This document shows positions 1 to 12,009 of a stretch of DNA of 64,000 bases, piece after piece. The stretch is from TPA_inf: Saccharomyces (Eukaryota), in assembly GCA_000146045.2 (NCBI GenBank), contig BK006948.2, positions 640,001 through 704,000 on the forward strand. Reading direction: 5' to 3'. Positions within the stretch are counted from its first letter, which is position 1. Every line of letters starts with the position of its first letter. Made by a program: the position numbers and the translations under genes. The notes under the pieces were generated by a model. That model made no database searches, had not been told where the DNA came from, and saw nothing but the letters and a program-made list of their open reading frames with translations.

Positions 1-1992
1 TGACGAGTACAAGCTCATTGCTGTACCTAAAGATAGATCCTTGTCTAAAGGAACAGTCAATTTCGTCAAATCCGACCATCCAACTTCCATATCGTTGGAT
101 AGACATAGTCCATTTTCGAAAAGCGTCAACTTAAAGTAGATCAGAGAACAAAAAAACACCAATGTTTTGGAAAAAAGCCCTGCCGTGAGGCTCATTGATA
201 ACGCCATATGTGGCGGTAAGTGCGGGTTGGAGGCTTCGAATTTCTCTGGGTAAAGTGCTTTGTCGATACGATAGCATCGAATTGTGGTATTCACAATGAT
301 GGAAAAATTGATCAAAACCAATTGAAACGTATTATTTTTGGATTCTATGTTTCTGACTTTCAGCACAGAATGTATTAGTGCATAAAACGACAATAATAGT
401 CCGACTGCCATACTTAAAATTCTACTTTCCCTTAATGGAACTTCTTCCGATATATTTTCACCTGTGTAATGTCCAAGTGGACCAAGTTCTTCTTCTACAA
501 AATTGATAATTCGCTTGGAATAAGCTTTCAAATCCGGGAATTTATCTCTATCATAAAGAGTTAACAACATTGGCCTTGTAAGTTTTAAATATCTTTTCAG
601 CTTCCCCTCATATGTTTTACTTTTACTATTCAATATGCAATGATCTTGGTTTTCGTCTAGATAAAATTTGTTAATCAATAAGGGTCTACCAACGTTACAA
701 GATATGTTATAATCGATAAATATTGCCATTAACCAGACATTTTCTAAACTTTCGATGCTACCCATAAAAACCTCATGTTCCTTGAAAGTTTCTCTAATGT
801 TTAAATGCAACCCTATTGTAGTAACCGTAGTAACTAAACATTCATTTATATTAACCAAATCGGAGCCATCTCCACCGAATGAATATGTTTCACGATGGTA
901 GTAGAAAAGTATTAACATTTGTGCACGCTCAATGTAGAACACCTTAGCGGTGGAGGCCCCCTTTAGTAAAGTAAAGAACTTCTCAATTGGGGTTGGGACA
1001 TCTGTATGGAAGTATTTCAGACATAGGATTAATAGTATCACAGCAGCTTTGTAATAATTTTTCTTTGGATTGGATAAAATATAAACTATGGATCTGTCAC
1101 CTTCCGCCTTTACCTCTTTTTCGGGCATGAAATAATCTAAAAAGTCTCTTCTAACTTTTGCCTTATCAAGAATCACGTTGATCTCATTGCATGCTCCATC
1201 ATTAAAGAAATCATCTAAAATAGACAAAGCTTTGTTATATGATGGTAGGAAACGACATATCTGTTTGATTAATGGATCTGGCTGCCAATCCGACTCATCC
1301 AAAAGGCCTAGTTCCCTGCACATCGTTTTTTGGTTGTTTTGCTTCCATTTATTTCTTTCTACTTTAACCTTCGCCCATAATTGTTTATATTTTTCAATGA
1401 ACCCCCAATTACTATTTGCAATTTGGGTTCTCATAGAAGTGGGGCCGTATAGTGTTGATCTTCCGGAATGTTTACTTTGTAGGTAGTACCGGTCGGCATA
1501 TGGATTTATTACACCATCGGGTAATGGAGATGAAGTTTCAGTAGAACCTCTACCTACACTAGTGCCTAAAGGAGGGAAATTTGGCGAAGTGTACATGGAG
1601 CTCGCAGACGAATTAGTGTTTTTTTCAGCTTCTAGAATACGTATTTTGTTTTCTAGTTCTTCAACTTTCTTAAGTAAATCGGCGTTAGGATAGGGACCAT
1701 AGGTAGCTTTCTTTTCGATGTTTTTGTTGAATTCTTCAGCATATTGACAGGTTGTTAAGTTTCTAGAAATGCATGTAGAACACATAGGTTTTTGCTGATC
1801 ACAACGAAGTTTTCTCCTTCTGCAAAAGCCACAAGATTTTATAAGCTTGTTTCTCTTCTTACCGCTAGTAGAAGTTGGTGTTCCTGAGTTACTTCCATTG
1901 GCTCCACCGGCCGTACTATTACTATTATCGCTTGGCGGCGTAACGTTGGTGGCCTGGAAACTTCCCAACAAAGCATCGCTTCTTCTTTTCAT
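1..1992 (-). CDS. YRR1: Zn2Cys6 transcription factor YRR1. Only the N-terminal ~664 codons are present; the C-terminus runs off the left edge of the window.
   Basis: Minus-strand ATG at 1992 (plus-strand 'cat' at 1990-1992). The translation begins MKRRSDALLGSFQATNVTPP...KSCGFCRRRKLRCDQQKPMCSTC, a Gal4-type zinc cluster. The reading frame stays open to position 1. It is missing from the ORF track because it is edge-truncated. Confidence 0.85.
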   Translation of the reverse strand, partial: MKRRSDALLGSFQATNVTPPSDNSNSTAGGANGSNSGTPTSTSGKKRNKLIKSCGFCRRRKLRCDQQKPMCSTCISRNLTTCQYAEEFNKNIEKKATYGPYPNADLLKKVEELENKIRILEAEKNTNSSASSMYTSPNFPPLGTSVGRGSTETSSPLPDGVINPYADRYYLQSKHSGRSTLYGPTSMRTQIANSNWGFIEKYKQLWAKVKVERNKWKQNNQKTMCRELGLLDESDWQPDPLIKQICRFLPSYNKALSILDDFFNDGACNEINVILDKAKVRRDFLDYFMPEKEVKAEGDRSIVYILSNPKKNYYKAAVILLILCLKYFHTDVPTPIEKFFTLLKGASTAKVFYIERAQMLILFYYHRETYSFGGDGSDLVNINECLVTTVTTIGLHLNIRETFKEHEVFMGSIESLENVWLMAIFIDYNISCNVGRPLLINKFYLDENQDHCILNSKSKTYEGKLKRYLKLTRPMLLTLYDRDKFPDLKAYSKRIINFVEEELGPLGHYTGENISEEVPLRESRILSMAVGLLLSFYALIHSVLKVRNIESKNNTFQLVLINFSIIVNTTIRCYRIDKALYPEKFEASNPHLPPHMALSMSLTAGLFSKTLVFFCSLIYFKLTLFENGLCLSNDMEVGWSDLTKLTVPLDKDLSLGTAMSLYSS

Positions 1993-2713
1993 TGTGACGC
2001 TATTCTTATTGGCACGGCTGAGGGCAATAAACTTTCCCACTTTCTCGTTGATCTTGTTGTTCCTTTGATCTAACTTTTCTCTTGTAATTCCGAATTTTTG
2101 GCGTTTTGGTAATTCCAAGGGGAAGTTGTCTATTACATACGTCTAGTGATGTGGAATACTATAAATGTCTTGGTATTGTTATCCTTTTCCCCGTATATCA
2201 GCCTCTACCCCATTAGTAATATGGCATGGAACCTTTTAACGTTTTTCTAATTTCCGCGGATTTAACTCCGTTCACTATGATTTCTGCCAGTATGATACTG
2301 GCAGAAATCTACATTCGCTATATATAAAGAGGATATACTGGTAATAACTACAGCTTCCATGTGAGCTTAAAACGATCATGCTCATCTTTCTTCATCTTGA
2401 TAGAGATTGGTAATGCTGTCATACTCCCGTGATTATAAAGCAGAATGAGAAATATTGAGACAACCGTAAAAACAGCTACTGCCCAGAATTTAAACCTTCA
2501 AACTTCATCATCAGAAAGGTATACTGTGTAAATAATGCGTAAATAGTAGGAGCATGGTGTTCTCTTGTCGTTGAAAGAACATCTGCGGCGAGCACGTGCG
2601 GCTTAATTCTCAAACGTCTCGCGGAGGTAAATAGTGTAAAGGGAAGCCTCAACTTTAAGACATGAAATCACACTGAAATAACGCCTGAAAGGTCAGGAAC
2701 AGTGAGTACGTAG

Positions 2714-3307
<594 letters not shown>

Positions 3308-3393
3308 CTAGCACATACATATATATGTATATACGTCATGGTCGTCAAGCCACCGCAAACATATTTATCTATTCCTTCGCAAATATGCTCTTT

Positions 3394-4338
<945 letters not shown>

Positions 4339-4565
4339 TTATTATTATTTATGTCCCTTTATGATGTTTACTTGGTTGTTTTACCGCACATGTTATTATT
4401 TCATTTTTTTGACTTTCCTTTCACTTTTTTTCCCATTGTTTGTTACCTTAACGAAGAGCGACAAAACGAACAAAATACTGAAAGGTGTATTTTGATGGTA
4501 AATAATTATTGACTTATTTCAACAAACGGGCTACTAACTCACTCGACGGTTGACATACTTTAGTC

Positions 4566-6896
4566 ATGGCTGATAGACCTGCTATTCAGTTGATAGATGA
4601 AGAGAAGGAATTTCATCAAAGTGCATTACAATATTTTCAACAATGTATTGGAAATCGTGATGTTGGTCTAGATTACCATGTCATCTCAGTTTTCGGTTCT
4701 CAATCGAGTGGTAAATCGACTTTACTTAACGTCTTGTTTAACACCAACTTTGATACCATGGATGCTCAGGTGAAAAGGCAGCAGACTACTAAAGGCATTT
4801 GGTTGGCTCACACTAAACAGGTTAATACAACTATTGAAATCGATAATGATCGTCCAGATATTTTTGTGCTAGATGTTGAGGGCTCCGATGGTTCAGAAAG
4901 AGGTGAAGACCAAGATTTTGAGAGAAAAGCCGCTTTATTTGCCATTGCAGTATCTGAAGTTCTTATAGTTAATATGTGGGAGCAGCAAATTGGGCTATAT
5001 CAAGGTAATAATATGGCTTTATTAAAAACAGTTTTTGAGGTCAACCTTTCCCTATTTGGCAAGAATGATAATGACCACAAGGTGCTGTTACTTTTTGTAA
5101 TTAGAGATCATGTAGGTGTGACTCCACTCTCGAGTTTGAGTGATTCCGTTACGAGAGAATTGGAAAAAATATGGACAGAGTTAAGTAAACCTGCTGGTTG
5201 TGAGGGTTCTAGCCTGTATGATTATTTCGATTTAAAGTTTGTCGGGCTAGCTCATAAGTTGTTGCAAGAAGACAAATTTACCCAGGATGTCAAGAAATTA
5301 GGTGATTCGTTTGTGATGAAAGGTACGGAAAACTATTATTTCAAACCTCAATATCACCATAGGTTGCCATTAGATGGTTGGACTATGTACGCAGAAAATT
5401 GTTGGGATCAAATTGAACGTAACAAGGATTTAGATCTTCCAACTCAGCAAATTCTGGTTGCTAGATTTAAAACTGAAGAAATATCTAATGAAGCTCTAGA
5501 AGAGTTCATTTCAAAATATGATGAATCGATTGCTCCTTTAAAGGGTAACTTGGGATCTTTAACATCTCAGCTAGTGAAGCTAAAAGAAGAATGTCTGACA
5601 AAATATGATGAACAAGCATCGCGCTATGCAAGAAACGTTTATATGGAGAAACGAGAAGCTTTAAATACAAAGCTGAATTCACATATTTCAGGTACAATTA
5701 ATGAGTTCTTGGAATCATTAATGGAAAAGTTATGGGACGATTTAAAATTGGAGGTGTCTTCTAGAGACAAAGCTACTACCTCTTTTGTAGAAAGTGTGGC
5801 GGCAGGTAAGAGTAAGATTGAGAAAGAATTTAACGAATCAATGGAGACCTTCAAAAAGTTAGGGCTACTAATATCAAACGAAGAGATTACCTGCAAATTT
5901 TCCGACGATATTGAAGAAAGAATCAAGCAACTACGTGATGCTGAATTGAAAGCAAAAATCGGTCGTATTAAAAAAAATCTGGTTCCCGAATTAAAGGATC
6001 ATGTGATTCATTTACTATCACATCCATCCAAAAAGGTTTGGGATGATATAATGAACGATTTTGAATCTACTATCAAAGACAATATATCTGCGTATCAAGT
6101 GGAAAAAGATAAATATGATTTTAAAATTGGACTTTCAGAGAGCGAAAACGCGAAGATTTACAAAAATATTAGAATATTGGCGTGGAGAACCTTGGATACC
6201 ACAGTACATGACTACCTGAAAATAGATACGATTGTTAGTATATTGAGAGACAGGTTTGAAGATGTATTCAGATATGATGCTGAAGGTTCTCCAAGATTGT
6301 GGAAAACAGAAGAAGAGATTGATGGGGCATTCCGTGTTGCAAAAGAACATGCCCTGGAAGTTTTTGAGGTTCTTTCACTTGCTGTAACCTCAGATAACGT
6401 TGAAATTATTCCTGATGTACCAATGGCTGAAGAGGAAAGCGGCGAGGACAACGAAATATATCGGGACAACGAAGGTGTGTTTCATTCCCGTCGTTTCGCA
6501 CACATCTTGACTGAATTGCAAAAGGAGAATGTTTTAGATCAATTCCGCAGGCAGATTAACATTACTGTTCTGGATTCGAAAAGGTCTATCATCACTACTA
6601 GAACGCATATTCCACCTTGGATTTACGTTTTGCTAGCCGTATTAGGGTGGAACGAATTCGTGGCTGTCATAAGAAACCCCTTATTTGTAACCCTTACCTT
6701 GATCTTAGGTGCAACCTTTTTTGTTATTCATAAGTTCGGCCTCTGGGGCCCTGTTGTTAATGTTGTTCAAAGTGCAGTTGGTGAAACAAGAACTGCAATA
6801 AAGGATAAACTAAGGCAATTTGTCGTTGAAGATCATGAAGTGAAGGAATCTTTTGAAATGAAAGATTTCTCAAAAAACGAGCAAAAAGAAAAATGA
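4566..6896 (+). CDS. SEY1: SEY1, a dynamin-like GTPase for ER membrane fusion (atlastin/RHD3 family), 776 aa.
   Basis: GTPase P-loop GSQSSGKST. Two C-terminal transmembrane segments (WIYVLLAVLGWNEFVAV, VTLTLILGATFFVIHKF). Length 776 aa. Confidence 0.95.
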   Translation: MADRPAIQLIDEEKEFHQSALQYFQQCIGNRDVGLDYHVISVFGSQSSGKSTLLNVLFNTNFDTMDAQVKRQQTTKGIWLAHTKQVNTTIEIDNDRPDIFVLDVEGSDGSERGEDQDFERKAALFAIAVSEVLIVNMWEQQIGLYQGNNMALLKTVFEVNLSLFGKNDNDHKVLLLFVIRDHVGVTPLSSLSDSVTRELEKIWTELSKPAGCEGSSLYDYFDLKFVGLAHKLLQEDKFTQDVKKLGDSFVMKGTENYYFKPQYHHRLPLDGWTMYAENCWDQIERNKDLDLPTQQILVARFKTEEISNEALEEFISKYDESIAPLKGNLGSLTSQLVKLKEECLTKYDEQASRYARNVYMEKREALNTKLNSHISGTINEFLESLMEKLWDDLKLEVSSRDKATTSFVESVAAGKSKIEKEFNESMETFKKLGLLISNEEITCKFSDDIEERIKQLRDAELKAKIGRIKKNLVPELKDHVIHLLSHPSKKVWDDIMNDFESTIKDNISAYQVEKDKYDFKIGLSESENAKIYKNIRILAWRTLDTTVHDYLKIDTIVSILRDRFEDVFRYDAEGSPRLWKTEEEIDGAFRVAKEHALEVFEVLSLAVTSDNVEIIPDVPMAEEESGEDNEIYRDNEGVFHSRRFAHILTELQKENVLDQFRRQINITVLDSKRSIITTRTHIPPWIYVLLAVLGWNEFVAVIRNPLFVTLTLILGATFFVIHKFGLWGPVVNVVQSAVGETRTAIKDKLRQFVVEDHEVKESFEMKDFSKNEQKEK

Positions 6897-7125
6897 TATG
6901 AAAATATTTTTTGATCGAATAATTTATTTCAATTTACCGTGTTTACTTTTTTGTTATTATAGTTATTATTATAATTACTGTTCTCCTAACGTGTCTGTGT
7001 GTTTGTATATAACTATAGGGAACTATTTATATGACATTAAAAATATATGCAAATGCATATCGCAAGCTTATGAGTTGTGTGAGTGGCTTCAATAAATCTG
7101 ATAGATTTACACTAAGCAAAACATT

Positions 7126-8502
7126 TCAGGTTGATATAGCATTGATAGATGTTTTCCATTCATGAATCTGTTTCTCTAAAGATTGTTTCTCCTCATTTGT
7201 GAATTTGCTGAATAAAAAATGCAATACAGTCTCCCAAAATTGTTCAAATGTTCTTAAGTCATTCAGATTTGTCGGTTTTGATTTCAAAACTGTTGGTAAG
7301 CTCTTCCACTCATTCTTCTTTATCTTTGAACAAGTGAAAAGTTCCGAAAATACAGACACCCAAAACAAATAAATGTAATTCGAAGCGTTTTCTATGGTAG
7401 TTAATTTATCTGGGTTGTAATCTATGAATCCAATATCTTCACCATATTCCTTTCTTAAAGTGTGGTCAATAGCAAAGAAAATAGTTTCTTTTACTTGCTC
7501 AAACACATTTTGTGAGACTTTATCGAATTGCAAAGGGGGCGTTTCTATTCCAGGAATATGAGCATATGATGTGACATTCTGATCGAAATTATTTACTGTA
7601 GAGTCACGCAGATTAGCAAATCTCAGTTGGTTTTCTTCATATGCTCTCATTGCAATTATTTTCGCATCCATGTTCTTCCTAAATGAAACAGTTAATATAT
7701 CTTCAGTTAATGCCTTTGTACAAAGATTCTTATCATTCGAAAGCAAAATAACAAAACAATTTAAAATCTCTTTGAAGTACAAGCAACAGTCCAATATCGA
7801 GTCATCCTTTAAACTGCCTGGATTCAAGCTTTGTTTCAATTTTTGACCTATTAAACCGGAATCTAAATTGGCTAGATTCTTATAAATCCAGTCGTTCCCC
7901 CATCTGGCCAATGTGCCTATTGTCCTATCATGTTCCTGATTAGTTGTATCGTCATTGTCCCTAGCAATATCAGGGCTCTTTTTTAGTCCGTCCAGTTCTT
8001 GGATTACGGTGGTTGGTACAATAATCAAATGATGATAAGTGCTGGACAGTGATCTCAATTTTTCTAAAGTGTTTAGATGCGAAATAATAAAGTTGGTGTC
8101 GACTACAAAGGCAGTTTTCAAAGTAGGTGGATTTAACAGCGGTAAATCGTCATTGATTTTTGGCATATAATTAGCGACAGATTGTGCTTCCATCTCCCTC
8201 TGGCTAGAAAGATATTCAGAAATCATTTCAACGTCGCTTTCATCATTCAAGTCACACATCGGAATATCGCCTTCTTCGTCGTGATTTATACAGCCATTAC
8301 TATCGCCTGATTGGCCTCTATTTTCATGTGAAGATGTGGATGCTATGATGTTGTCGATGTCTTGTACCGTATATTTACCGTGTGGTCTTAAGCTAGCGAT
8401 ATCTTTAATCGATTCGGAGATTTTGTGAGATACCGAACCATTGAAAGTTTCTGATCTTATATGGTTGTTACCTTTTGGAAAAGCTCGTTTCTCATCGGTC
8501 AT
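7126..8502 (-). CDS. SWT1: SWT1, a PIN-domain RNA endoribonuclease involved in nuclear mRNP surveillance, 458 aa.
   Basis: 458-aa ORF with the PIN-like segment FVVDTNFIISHLNTLEKL. Its position between SEY1 and RPS28A matches chromosome XV. Confidence 0.9.
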   Translation of the reverse strand: MTDEKRAFPKGNNHIRSETFNGSVSHKISESIKDIASLRPHGKYTVQDIDNIIASTSSHENRGQSGDSNGCINHDEEGDIPMCDLNDESDVEMISEYLSSQREMEAQSVANYMPKINDDLPLLNPPTLKTAFVVDTNFIISHLNTLEKLRSLSSTYHHLIIVPTTVIQELDGLKKSPDIARDNDDTTNQEHDRTIGTLARWGNDWIYKNLANLDSGLIGQKLKQSLNPGSLKDDSILDCCLYFKEILNCFVILLSNDKNLCTKALTEDILTVSFRKNMDAKIIAMRAYEENQLRFANLRDSTVNNFDQNVTSYAHIPGIETPPLQFDKVSQNVFEQVKETIFFAIDHTLRKEYGEDIGFIDYNPDKLTTIENASNYIYLFWVSVFSELFTCSKIKKNEWKSLPTVLKSKPTNLNDLRTFEQFWETVLHFLFSKFTNEEKQSLEKQIHEWKTSINAIST

Positions 8503-8803
8503 GGATTTGGTAAGCAGCTGGAGCCACTAATGTTAGGCCTACGTATATAAAATTCTTGTCTACCATAGAAGGCCCATAACAACTAACGCGGAAGAACTCA
8601 ATATACCCAAAAAGTATATCAATGCGGGTATGGTTTTTCGCACCTAAATAATTAGTGAATATATCACGAGTTACAATAGAGTTATTAGTATTATTGTATT
8701 ATAGTGATGTACTATTTAAAGAAGACATATATAAGAAACAAAAGGCACAAATATATAAGATAGATTTTGTATAGCTGCAACCTTCAATCTGCAAATAAGC
8801 TTC

Positions 8804-9007
8804 CTAACGCAAACGACGAGCTTCACGTTCAGATTCCATTAGAACCAAAATGTCGTTTTCTCTAACTGGGCCCTTCACGTTTCTGACAATAGTTCTGGAA
8901 GTGTCTTCCAAGAATTCGACACGGACTTGGGTGACACCACCACGAGAACCGGTTCTTCCTAAAACTTTGATGACCTTGGCTAAAGTGACTGGGGTTTTGT
9001 TATCCAT
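8804..9007 (-). CDS. RPS28A: Ribosomal protein S28 (eS28), 67 aa.
   Basis: Translation [67 protein letters not shown]. The track ORF is extended upstream to a GTG at 9055; the real ATG is at 9007. Confidence 0.95.
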
Positions 9008-9158
9008 GATTGCTAGCTTGGTTTTCTGCTTTTGAGAAGAATCGAAAACGAACACAACTGTAATTTACAATAAATCATCTATTAGACTGAAATTTCATTT
9101 TCTTTATTCCAAGTAGTTCAACGACCAAGAAAAAAAAAATTTATCAAAAAAGTGCGTG

Positions 9159-9171
9159 GTCACTCTAGACG
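9159..9171. promoter_or_regulatory. Abf1 consensus site (RTCRYNNNNNACG) in the RPS28A/GLN4 divergent promoter.
   Basis: GTCACTCTAGACG is a perfect match to the consensus. It lies about 155 bp upstream of the RPS28A ATG, and RPS28A is an Abf1-dependent ribosomal protein gene. Confidence 0.5.
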
Positions 9172-9302
9172 GCCGCGTCTGTACAAATGAAAAATTTGAC
9201 ATCGCAGGGTATAAAGATTGGGATTGATATGCTTAAAAGGGATTTGATGCTTGTTTTAATGAGAAAAAAATATCAGGAGTATAATAACGTCAATATATTA
9301 AA

Positions 9303-11732
9303 ATGTCTTCTGTAGAAGAATTGACTCAGCTGTTTTCACAGGTTGGGTTTGAAGATAAAAAGGTGAAGGAGATTGTCAAGAATAAAAAGGTTTCTGATTC
9401 ACTTTACAAATTGATTAAGGAGACTCCTTCGGACTATCAATGGAACAAATCTACTAGAGCGCTAGTACACAACCTGGCATCTTTTGTCAAAGGTACAGAT
9501 CTACCCAAGTCTGAATTAATTGTTAACGGCATCATTAATGGTGATTTGAAGACATCTCTGCAAGTCGATGCCGCATTTAAATATGTAAAGGCTAATGGCG
9601 AGGCATCCACCAAAATGGGTATGAATGAAAACTCTGGTGTTGGTATTGAGATTACAGAGGATCAGGTTAGAAATTACGTCATGCAGTACATTCAAGAAAA
9701 CAAGGAAAGAATTTTAACTGAACGCTATAAACTGGTGCCAGGTATTTTTGCCGATGTTAAAAACTTAAAGGAGCTGAAGTGGGCCGATCCACGTAGTTTC
9801 AAGCCAATTATCGACCAAGAAGTCTTAAAACTTTTGGGTCCAAAGGATGAGAGAGACTTAATCAAGAAGAAGACCAAGAATAATGAAAAGAAGAAAACCA
9901 ATTCTGCCAAGAAGAGTTCTGATAATTCTGCATCATCCGGTCCAAAGAGGACTATGTTCAATGAAGGTTTCCTAGGTGATTTGCATAAAGTGGGTGAAAA
10001 CCCACAAGCTTACCCAGAATTAATGAAGGAACACCTTGAGGTTACTGGTGGCAAAGTTCGTACAAGGTTCCCTCCGGAGCCCAATGGATATTTGCATATT
10101 GGTCATTCTAAAGCTATTATGGTTAATTTTGGCTATGCTAAATATCACAATGGTACCTGTTATTTAAGATTTGACGATACCAACCCCGAAAAGGAAGCTC
10201 CTGAATATTTTGAATCCATTAAGAGAATGGTTTCTTGGTTAGGTTTTAAACCATGGAAAATTACTTACTCAAGTGATTATTTTGACGAGCTTTATCGCCT
10301 CGCTGAAGTGTTGATCAAAAACGGCAAAGCTTACGTTTGTCATTGTACCGCCGAAGAAATTAAAAGAGGTCGTGGTATTAAAGAAGACGGTACTCCAGGT
10401 GGGGAGAGATATGCTTGTAAGCATCGTGATCAGTCGATAGAACAAAACCTGCAAGAATTCAGAGATATGAGAGATGGCAAGTACAAACCTGGTGAAGCTA
10501 TCTTAAGAATGAAACAGGATCTAAATTCACCAAGCCCACAAATGTGGGACTTGATTGCGTATAGAGTTTTAAATGCTCCACATCCAAGAACGGGAACAAA
10601 ATGGAGAATTTATCCTACTTACGATTTTACACATTGTTTGGTCGATTCAATGGAAAATATTACACATTCTTTATGTACTACTGAATTCTACCTATCTAGA
10701 GAAAGCTATGAATGGTTATGTGATCAGGTTCATGTGTTCAGACCCGCTCAAAGAGAATATGGTCGTTTGAATATCACCGGTACAGTTTTATCCAAAAGAA
10801 AAATTGCGCAATTGGTGGATGAAAAATTCGTTAGAGGCTGGGACGATCCTAGACTATTCACGCTTGAAGCTATACGCAGACGTGGTGTTCCTCCTGGTGC
10901 CATTTTATCCTTTATCAACACATTAGGTGTTACCACAAGTACCACAAACATTCAAGTTGTGAGGTTTGAGAGCGCTGTTAGAAAGTACCTAGAAGATACC
11001 ACACCGAGATTAATGTTTGTGTTGGATCCTGTTGAAGTTGTTGTCGATAATTTATCTGACGATTATGAAGAATTGGCAACTATTCCTTACAGACCTGGTA
11101 CTCCAGAATTTGGTGAAAGAACTGTACCATTTACAAACAAATTCTACATTGAAAGGTCAGATTTCTCAGAAAACGTTGATGATAAGGAATTTTTCAGATT
11201 AACACCAAACCAACCAGTTGGTTTAATTAAAGTCTCACACACAGTTTCTTTCAAAAGTTTGGAAAAAGATGAAGCTGGTAAAATTATAAGAATTCATGTC
11301 AACTATGATAACAAGGTTGAAGAAGGTTCGAAACCAAAGAAACCAAAAACTTATATTCAATGGGTTCCTATCTCTTCAAAATATAATTCTCCATTGAGAG
11401 TTACTGAAACTAGGGTTTACAACCAATTGTTCAAATCTGAAAATCCATCTTCTCATCCTGAAGGCTTCTTGAAGGACATCAACCCAGAAAGTGAAGTCGT
11501 TTATAAAGAATCTGTCATGGAACATAACTTCGGGGACGTTGTCAAGAACAGTCCATGGGTCGTTGATTCTGTTAAAAACTCGGAATTTTATGTTGAAGAA
11601 GATAAGGATTCCAAAGAAGTGTGTAGATTCCAAGCTATGAGAGTAGGTTATTTCACTCTGGATAAAGAGAGTACGACTTCTAAGGTTATTTTGAATAGAA
11701 TAGTTAGCTTGAAGGACGCAACTTCCAAGTGA
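9303..11732 (+). CDS. GLN4: Glutaminyl-tRNA synthetase, 809 aa.
   Basis: Class I aaRS HIGH motif (PEPNGYLHIGHSKA) and KMSKS-like motif (VLSKRK), with an N-terminal appended domain. Length 809 aa. Confidence 0.95.
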   Translation: MSSVEELTQLFSQVGFEDKKVKEIVKNKKVSDSLYKLIKETPSDYQWNKSTRALVHNLASFVKGTDLPKSELIVNGIINGDLKTSLQVDAAFKYVKANGEASTKMGMNENSGVGIEITEDQVRNYVMQYIQENKERILTERYKLVPGIFADVKNLKELKWADPRSFKPIIDQEVLKLLGPKDERDLIKKKTKNNEKKKTNSAKKSSDNSASSGPKRTMFNEGFLGDLHKVGENPQAYPELMKEHLEVTGGKVRTRFPPEPNGYLHIGHSKAIMVNFGYAKYHNGTCYLRFDDTNPEKEAPEYFESIKRMVSWLGFKPWKITYSSDYFDELYRLAEVLIKNGKAYVCHCTAEEIKRGRGIKEDGTPGGERYACKHRDQSIEQNLQEFRDMRDGKYKPGEAILRMKQDLNSPSPQMWDLIAYRVLNAPHPRTGTKWRIYPTYDFTHCLVDSMENITHSLCTTEFYLSRESYEWLCDQVHVFRPAQREYGRLNITGTVLSKRKIAQLVDEKFVRGWDDPRLFTLEAIRRRGVPPGAILSFINTLGVTTSTTNIQVVRFESAVRKYLEDTTPRLMFVLDPVEVVVDNLSDDYEELATIPYRPGTPEFGERTVPFTNKFYIERSDFSENVDDKEFFRLTPNQPVGLIKVSHTVSFKSLEKDEAGKIIRIHVNYDNKVEEGSKPKKPKTYIQWVPISSKYNSPLRVTETRVYNQLFKSENPSSHPEGFLKDINPESEVVYKESVMEHNFGDVVKNSPWVVDSVKNSEFYVEEDKDSKEVCRFQAMRVGYFTLDKESTTSKVILNRIVSLKDATSK

Positions 11733-12009
11733 ATGATTTAATGTGCATATATGTATATATTTATATATATATCCTATTGGTTGAAAATGATGTAATAGTG
11801 TAAATTTTTTAATTATATTAGATAATAAAGACCAACTCATAATATTGTTACGTATTAATGATATATAACTGGGGATGTATAATTATAATGAAAACAAAAA
11901 TGGAATATAAACCATACTCCGATGATAGAAACATTATATCGCCTTTTCTTTTCGATGTAGTATTTCTTTTTACAAAAAAATCATTTTTGAAGGAAAATAT
12001 AACGTTAAT

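Noticed and set aside
11376-11840. 154-aa minus-strand ORF overlapping the 3' end of GLN4 (the position of the dubious ORF YOR169C).
   Set aside because: It is antisense to a well-supported essential gene, of low complexity, and has no recognisable domain. This is the typical overlap artefact of a dubious ORF.
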